A DNA stretch of 10,608 bases, from the NCBI RefSeq assembly GCF_006345805.1, contig NW_021827278.1, forward strand, positions 1-10,608. The letters are read 5' to 3'. Positions 7,659 to 10,608 of this stretch are shown in pieces. A program made the translations under genes and the position numbers. This stretch comes from Octopus sinensis. Its lineage: Eukaryota. The notes beneath the pieces are model-generated. The model had not been told where the DNA came from and did no database searches. It was given only the letters and a program-made list of their open reading frames with translations. The first letter of the stretch is position 1. Every line of letters begins with the position of its first letter.

Positions 7659-7706
7659 GGGTAAATAGATAGATAGATAGATGGTTGGGTAAATAGATAG
7701 ATAGAT
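7125..7706. repeat. (GATA)n array with recurrent GGGTAAATAGAT interruptions
   Basis: Directly visible. GGGTAAA recurs about ten times at irregular spacing. Confidence 0.93.
7303..7358 (-). mobile_element. Possible extreme 3' end of a non-LTR retrotransposon inserted in (GATA)n
   Basis: A 56-bp non-simple island in the GATA tract. The minus strand ends CCCTGTGTGGCTAATTAAAGAAC (poly(A)-signal-like ATTAAA) and runs straight into (TATC)n. Confidence 0.4.
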
Positions 7707-7732
7707 ATCGGTACGTAGAGAGATATTGAAGT

Positions 7733-8005
7733 AAAGAAAGGGGCGACAGGAGGAGGAAGAGGAGGAGACAGATGAGAAGAAGGGAGTGGAGAAGGAGGAG
7801 GAGAGGGGGGTCGAAGGATGTGAAAGTCAAAATTTAACTCAAAGCCGAGGTGAAACTAATTTCATGTTGATGGGATCGGGGGTGGCGGAGGAAGAGGAAG
7901 AGAAACTTGAGAGAGAGAGAGAGGGAGGGAGGGAGAGTGGGTTGTAGGGAGAGAAAAGGATGCAGCGGAGGCAATATGGAGGGGAATGGAGAAGGTGGGT
8001 AGGTA
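7733..8005. repeat. Purine-rich (GGA/GA)n low-complexity region
   Basis: Directly visible. Confidence 0.8.
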
Positions 8006-8166
8006 GTTATGTAGTTATTATTATTATAAAAGAGCTTAAAGTGAATGTATAGAGATGAAGGGTTGACCTGCGCGGGTCACGCTTTAATCTCGTATAAAAG
8101 ATGGCCCCTGTTAATAGGTTTACAAAAAACTCATACATCATCGGTCGACGCTGTTTGCTCTGCTGA

Positions 8167-8757
8167 GTGGCTGGCTGGCTGGCTAGTCGGACGGCTGGCT
8201 GGTTGGCTGGTTTCTTGGTTGGCTGGTTTGTTGGTTGGTATGTGTATATATATGGCATTATATATATATATATGCATATATATATATATATATGCATTAT
8301 ATATATATTGAATTATATATATATATATATGGAAGTATTTATATATATATATTATGAATTATATATTATATATATAAATGAATTATATATATATATATAT
8401 ATATATATGAATTATAATATATATATATATATATATATGAATTATATATATATATTATATATAATGAATATATATATATATGCATTATTATATATATATA
8501 TATATATGAATATATCTATATATGAATATATATATATGCATTATATATATATATATGCATTATATATATATGCATATTATATATATATATATATATATGA
8601 TTATATTATATATAATGCATTATCTAGATATATATGCTTATATATATATATATGCATTATTATATATAGATATATATATATATATATATAATGCATTATA
8701 TATATATATATATTTATATATGCAGTATATATGTGTGTGTATATATATATATATATT
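8167..8757. repeat. (GGCT/GGTT)n followed by degenerate (TA)n with recurring TGCATTA/TGAATTA units
   Basis: Directly visible. Confidence 0.92.
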
Positions 8758-8760
8758 GCT

Positions 8761-9014
8761 CTTACTCTTTTACCTGTTTCACTCATTTGACTGTGGCCAT
8801 GCTGGAGCACCGCCTTTAGTCGAACAATTTGTCCCCAGGACTTATTCTTTGTAAGCCTAGTACTTATTCTATCGATCTCTGCTGCCGAAGTTACGTGTGG
8901 GGGGGGGGGCTTAAGCACACCATCATCGGTTGTCATGTTGGGGGGACAAAAACAGACACACACACACACACACATATGTATATATACGACGGGCTTCTTC
9001 CAGTTTCCGTCTAC
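8761..9014 (-). mobile_element. 5'-truncated copy 4 of the tRNA-derived SINE
   Basis: Colinear with ~609-880 (GACTGTGGCCATGCTGGAGCACCGCCTTTAGTCG...ATACGACGGGCTTCTT). It lacks the tRNA head. Confidence 0.9.
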
Positions 9015-9084
9015 GCTAATCATAGTGATGGACGTGATAGTAGTGGTGATGGTGATGATGGCGTTGGTGGCGGCCGTGGTGGGG

Positions 9085-9541
9085 TTTAGCCTCAGGTCAC
9101 ATTAGAGCTGTGTTTCCGTTCCTGACCATCCCGTCTTTCCTTTAAGTCGTAGTGTATCTAGGACTACATTATTTATTGTATAGTATAGTGGTTAATATTA
9201 ATCTCTAGTTGATGTTGTTTAGCCCTAGATCAGTCCTGATCCAGACATACCTATGATCAAAGATGTTCCAGCCGTGACCATCCCATCTTTTATTCAAGCT
9301 TAGTGTATCTAGAATCACATTATATAAAGTATAGTATAGTAGGTAGTATTAGAGGCTATAGTTATTGTTGTTTAACCTCAGGTCAGTGCTGATCCAGACA
9401 GACCTATGATCAAAGACGTTCCAGCTGTGACCATCCCATCTTTTATTCTGGCATAGTGTATCTAGGACTACATTATCTTATGTGTAGTATCGTAGCCAAT
9501 ACTAGTGGCTCTAATAATTGTTGTCATTTAGCCCCAGGGTC
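9085..9541. repeat. Tandem array of ~153-bp units (3 units plus start of a fourth)
   Basis: TTTAGCC/TTTAACC unit starts at 9085, 9218, 9371 and 9527. TGACCATCCC occurs at 9123, 9275 and 9428, and each unit has TAGTGTATCTAG..ACATTAT. Confidence 0.88.
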
Positions 9542-9664
9542 GTTCAAACTTTGTTTTAAATGTGCACAGAATCTTGCATCCTTGCAAATTTTGTCTTTCT
9601 TTGCACATTGCAGTCTGTAACCATTTCTCATATTCTTCATTGAACACCCAAAGCAAATATACAC

Positions 9665-9893
9665 TACTCTTTTACTTGTTTCAGTCATATGACTGCGGCC
9701 ATGCTGGAGCACCGCCTTTTTTTAGTCGAGCAAATCGACCCCAGGACTTATTCTTTGTAAGCCCAGTACTTATCCTATCGGTCCCTTTTGCCGAACCGCT
9801 AAATAACGGGGACGTAAACACACCAGCATCGGTTGTCAAGCGATGTTGGGGAAACAAACACAGAGATACAAATACACAACCATATATATATAC

Positions 9894-9951
<58 letters not shown>

Positions 9952-10105
9952 GACAGGCTTCTTTCAGTTCCGTCTACCAAATCCACTCACAAGGCTTTGG
10001 TCGGCCGAAGGCTATAGTAGAAGACACTTGCCCAAGGTGCCACGAAGTGGGACTGAACCCGGAACTATGTGGTTGGTAAGCAAGCTACTTACCACACAGC
10101 CATTC
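9665..10105 (-). mobile_element. Near full-length copy 5 of the tRNA-derived SINE with expanded internal (TA)n
   Basis: A box TGGCTGTGTGGT, B box GGTTCAGTCC and tail GAAACAAGTAAAAGAGTA on the minus strand. Highly similar to copy 1. Confidence 0.93.
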
Positions 10106-10309
10106 GATTTTTTTATGTGTATCATTTAAAATATGAAATTTTACAATTAAACTCTTCAATTAAACAAATATCAATACATCGTTAAAATGTTGCATATGCA
10201 AACTTTTTCGTTCGTGCACACGATTGTATACACACAAGCCTACGAGGCACATTCACCTGGACTAACAATTGCTGTGTGGCAAAATCCAGGTAGCAGTACG
10301 TATGTTTAA

Positions 10310-10351
10310 CATCATTGACGTAATGTTTTCCATCATTGACGTAATGTTTTC
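10310..10351. repeat. Perfect 21-bp tandem duplication
   Basis: CATCATTGACGTAATGTTTTC occurs twice (10310-10330, 10331-10351). Confidence 0.93.
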
Positions 10352-10608
10352 CTCAAGGATTTTTTGGTAGAAACATTGTTGCAAATCCTATGGGTTTTCC
10401 GGCACTGAGGAGGTGAAGTTGAGCCGAAACATTGGTGTCTGATAGTCCGCTAACATCACTGAGCGCATGCCATGATTTTAAAATTGATGGGGTATGATTT
10501 TTTTTAAAGACGGAACCAAAATCATGTCAATGACCTTATCAATAGACTCGAAGTACAGAGTACATAACATTTTAAGCTATGGTGCGTTAGCCTATACTTA
10601 GCATCCAT

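Noticed and set aside
9085-9541. CRISPR-like repeat-spacer array
   Set aside because: The whole unit is homologous between copies with no unique spacers, the context is eukaryotic, and there are no cas genes.
9562-10129. Similar ORFs at 627-848, 8601-9023 and 9681-9986 suggesting a gene family
   Set aside because: The similarity comes from copies of the same non-coding SINE.

Overview
AT-rich, microsatellite-laden, non-coding eukaryotic DNA. The SINE family I recognise points to an octopus or other cephalopod, but that is from recall and unverified. I found no intact protein-coding gene. The left end (102-1828) is a decayed DD34D mariner transposon. It is interrupted by the 3' end of a SINE (1-101), a near full-length tRNA-derived SINE (609-1010), an in-frame 51-bp duplication and a 251-bp insert flanked by a 22-bp duplication. 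Five copies of one tRNA-derived SINE family are present, plus a ~153-bp tandem array and many (TA)n/(GATA)n tracts. The most notable structure is a set of small non-coding cassettes, each bounded by (TA)n. Two carry minimal hammerhead-ribozyme motifs of the Penelope-like type (1984-2018 minus, 5611-5664 plus). One is a tRNA-like unit nested in inverted and direct repeats (2152-2456). Three are fold-back elements (2467-3037, 5824-6114, 6631-6835). Most ORFs in the supplied track are microsatellite or SINE artefacts.
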